From the NCBI GenBank assembly GCA_036274515.1, contig DASUFQ010000123.1, positions 1 through 59,652 on the forward strand: DNA of 59,652 nucleotides. The letters run 5' to 3'. The stretch's first letter is position 1. The number at the start of each line of letters is the position of its first letter. A model generated the notes under the pieces. The model did not search any database. It saw nothing but the letters and a program-made list of their open reading frames with translations, and was not told the DNA's origin. Positions 58,052-59,652 of the stretch are shown here, in pieces. This DNA is from Gemmatimonadales bacterium (GTDB lineage Bacteria > Gemmatimonadota > Gemmatimonadetes > Gemmatimonadales > GWC2-71-9). Both the position numbers and the translations under genes were made by a program.

Positions 58052-59652
58052 ATGTTTGCCGCGCTGCTTGCGACGCTCGTCGTCGCGGCCCCCCTGTCGG
58101 GCGACCCACCCCCTCCCATCACGGTGTCCCTCAACCAGAGCGGCCAGTACAGCCGCGGCGAGTACGCGCAGGTCCAGTTCCGCGCGGCCGCCGACGGCTA
58201 CGTGCTGATCCTGCAGGCGGACGAGAACGGCCGCATCCGGGTCCTCTTTCCGATCGATCCGGGCGACGACAACTACATCCGCGGCGGAAAGACCTACAAG
58301 GTCGTCGGCCGAGACAACCGGGGCTCGTTCTACCTCGAGCAGGCCGGAGGCAGCGGAATGGTCTACGCCGCATGGTCGAAGTCGCCCTTCCAGGTGGGGG
58401 CGTTTGTCCGGGGCGACCACTGGGACTATTCCGTCTTCGATCAGTACAACGCCGCCGATGACCCCGAGAGCCAGCTGACCGACTTCGTGCTCCTCTTCAC
58501 CAACCTCGGGTTCGACTACGCCCTCGATCGCTACATCGTCTATTCCGCGAGCGCCGAATACGTCTCGGACGGTCCCACGACCTACATCGGGGTCAACGGG
58601 TGGCCCTGGCCCAGCTACTATGACGGCTGGAGCGTTGGCATCTCCTTCGGCGTCGGCTGCTGCTACAACAGCTGGTACCCGTGGTACCCGTGGTACGGGT
58701 ACGGCTATCCCTGGTACGGATGGGGCTATCCCGGGTACGGGTGGGGCTATCCCGGGTACGGGTGGGGGTATCCCGGCTATGGGTGGGGCTACGGCGGGGG
58801 GGCCTATTATCCCGGCTACCCGGGCTATCCCGGATACGGCGCCCCGGGTTATCGGCCGTACACCTTCAAGCCGGGCGGAACCGTCACCGCGGCTGGAAAT
58901 CCATATCGTCCCCGCGGAGACCAGTTCGCCCCCCAGGGTTCGGTCTTCCAGACCTCCTATCGCAGCCGGCCCGCTGCGGGCGCAGGCACCGCGGCAGGTG
59001 CCGCGGGCGGGTCCGCCGCCGGAAACCGCCGCGGGGTGCCCGACGCAGCGATGATCAGCGGCCGGGCGGAGGCGGGTCGGCGCTCCGCGGCCTCGCCGAT
59101 TCCGCAGGCCGATCGTTCGCGACCGCGCCCGATCGACGCCGACTGGGCGGCAGGCTCCGGCGGTTCGACCGCCACTCGCCGGACCCTTGGGGGCCAGTCG
59201 GGCCAGTCGGGCCAGGCCGGTCAAGGGTCTCAGGGAGGGCAATCGCCCGGTGGCAGCGCCGCCGGCGCACCCCGGAAGTTCCCGGTCTACAAGTCGAATA
59301 CCCCCCGCCGGTCCCCGACTGCCGCCTCGGGCGGCGGGGCGGGCCAGGCCCGCGGATGGAGCGCCGATGGAACGCCCAGGACTTCGACCTCCGGACGCCC
59401 CGGCATTTCCCCGACAGCGCCCGGAAGCGGGCGCAGCGGGGCCCGGTCGGGCGGCGGCGATGCCCGTGGACGCACCAGTCTCGGTGAACCACGGCTGGCG
59501 CCCCGAGGCGGCTCCTCGAGCGGCAGCCCGGGCAGGAGCCCGTCGGCCGGCGCGGCCCCCCGCGGATCCTCCGGAGGCCCACCGGCGGCGAGCGGCGGAG
59601 GGAGGGCGCCGAGCGGCGGCGGCGGTGGGGCGCGGGCAGGGGGCGGTGGTGG
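58052..59652 (+). CDS. DUF4384-like secreted protein with W/Y/G/P repeat block and long Gly/Ser/Arg/Pro disordered tail; partial, 3' end beyond the window
   Basis: My own translation from ATG 58052 (AGGAGGA at 58041..58047): MFAALLATLVVAAPLSGDPPPPITVSLNQSGQYSRGEYAQVQFRAAADGYVLILQADENGRIRVLFPIDPGDDNYIRGGKTYKVVG...CCYNSWYPWYPWYGYGYPWYGWGYPGYGWGYPGYGWGYPGYGWGYGGGAYYPGYPGYPGYGAPGYRPY..., open to the last base. It is absent from the track because there is no stop. The 425-aa minus-strand ORF 57965..59242 is its antisense shadow. Confidence 0.75.
   Translation, partial: MFAALLATLVVAAPLSGDPPPPITVSLNQSGQYSRGEYAQVQFRAAADGYVLILQADENGRIRVLFPIDPGDDNYIRGGKTYKVVGRDNRGSFYLEQAGGSGMVYAAWSKSPFQVGAFVRGDHWDYSVFDQYNAADDPESQLTDFVLLFTNLGFDYALDRYIVYSASAEYVSDGPTTYIGVNGWPWPSYYDGWSVGISFGVGCCYNSWYPWYPWYGYGYPWYGWGYPGYGWGYPGYGWGYPGYGWGYGGGAYYPGYPGYPGYGAPGYRPYTFKPGGTVTAAGNPYRPRGDQFAPQGSVFQTSYRSRPAAGAGTAAGAAGGSAAGNRRGVPDAAMISGRAEAGRRSAASPIPQADRSRPRPIDADWAAGSGGSTATRRTLGGQSGQSGQAGQGSQGGQSPGGSAAGAPRKFPVYKSNTPRRSPTAASGGGAGQARGWSADGTPRTSTSGRPGISPTAPGSGRSGARSGGGDARGRTSLGEPRLAPRGGSSSGSPGRSPSAGAAPRGSSGGPPAASGGGRAPSGGGGGARAGGGG
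58721..58798 (+). repeat. In-frame 21-bp tandem repeat (3.7 copies) encoding WGYPGYG heptads
   Basis: tggggctatcccgggtacggg at 58721..58741 and 58742..58762 (identical); tgggggtatcccggctatggg at 58763..58783 (3 mismatches); a partial fourth copy follows. Confidence 0.9.

Noticed and set aside
58721-58798. Possible CRISPR-like or satellite repeat
   Set aside because: The units are directly adjacent with no spacers, 21 bp long, in-frame, and encode a peptide repeat. No cas genes are present.
57965-59242. 425-aa minus-strand ORF
   Set aside because: It is antisense to the open-ended DUF4384-like repeat gene. That gene has an RBS, a signal-like N-terminus and a globular domain, while the minus frame is Gly/Pro/Arg/Val low complexity.
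1-59652. tRNA, rRNA, riboswitch or other structured RNA genes
   Set aside because: Intergenic regions are short, mostly under 150 nt. None shows cloverleaf-compatible or known riboswitch consensus features that I could recognise by eye. A covariance-model scan (Infernal/Rfam, tRNAscan-SE) would be needed to exclude them formally.

Overview
59.65-kb, visibly very GC-rich bacterial chromosomal segment; third codon positions are almost always G/C. The taxon cannot be determined from the sequence. TPR Ser/Thr kinases, an OmpA with TSP3 repeats and an acyl-ornithine arginine pathway are reminiscent of Gemmatimonadota/Acidobacteriota-like lineages, but that is inference only. I call about 58 protein-coding genes. 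I see no rRNA, tRNA, CRISPR array, transposase or integrase.

Many long ORFs in the supplied track are antisense or out-of-frame shadows typical of high-GC DNA, and several real genes needed their starts trimmed. Two real genes are missing from the track because they are open-ended at the window edges: a SARP/BTAD regulator at 1..485 (-) and a DUF4384-like repeat protein at 58052..59652 (+).

Blocks from left to right:
- SARP regulator plus TPR Ser/Thr kinase.
- ECF sigma / anti-sigma / DUF4097 module.
- YtrA(GntR)-ABC operon with a perfect 11-bp inverted-repeat operator.
- OmpA and transporters.
- HDAC-family fusion protein.
- A nine-gene, start/stop-overlapping arginine operon (argG-X-argC-argD-argF'-argB-argE-argH-argR) with no argA/argJ and an embedded unknown P-loop protein.
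- Orphan class-I HMG-CoA-reductase homologue plus an XdhC-like gene, divergent from a phaR-phasin-patatin / acyltransferase-UbiB lipid-inclusion cluster.
- Molybdenum-cofactor maturation genes.
- PhoU-like/PitA pair.
- A PglX/MmeI-like N6-adenine DNA methyltransferase, SNF2 helicase and small SAM methyltransferase module with no recognisable nuclease. This is my best candidate for an undescribed defence/epigenetic system.
- Cell-wall and housekeeping genes.
- mntR-mntH-outer-membrane-barrel operon.
- TPR/beta-barrel protein, then the aromatic-Gly-Pro repeat protein behind a sigma-54-like promoter.

All family assignments come from motif recognition by eye. No database search was run.
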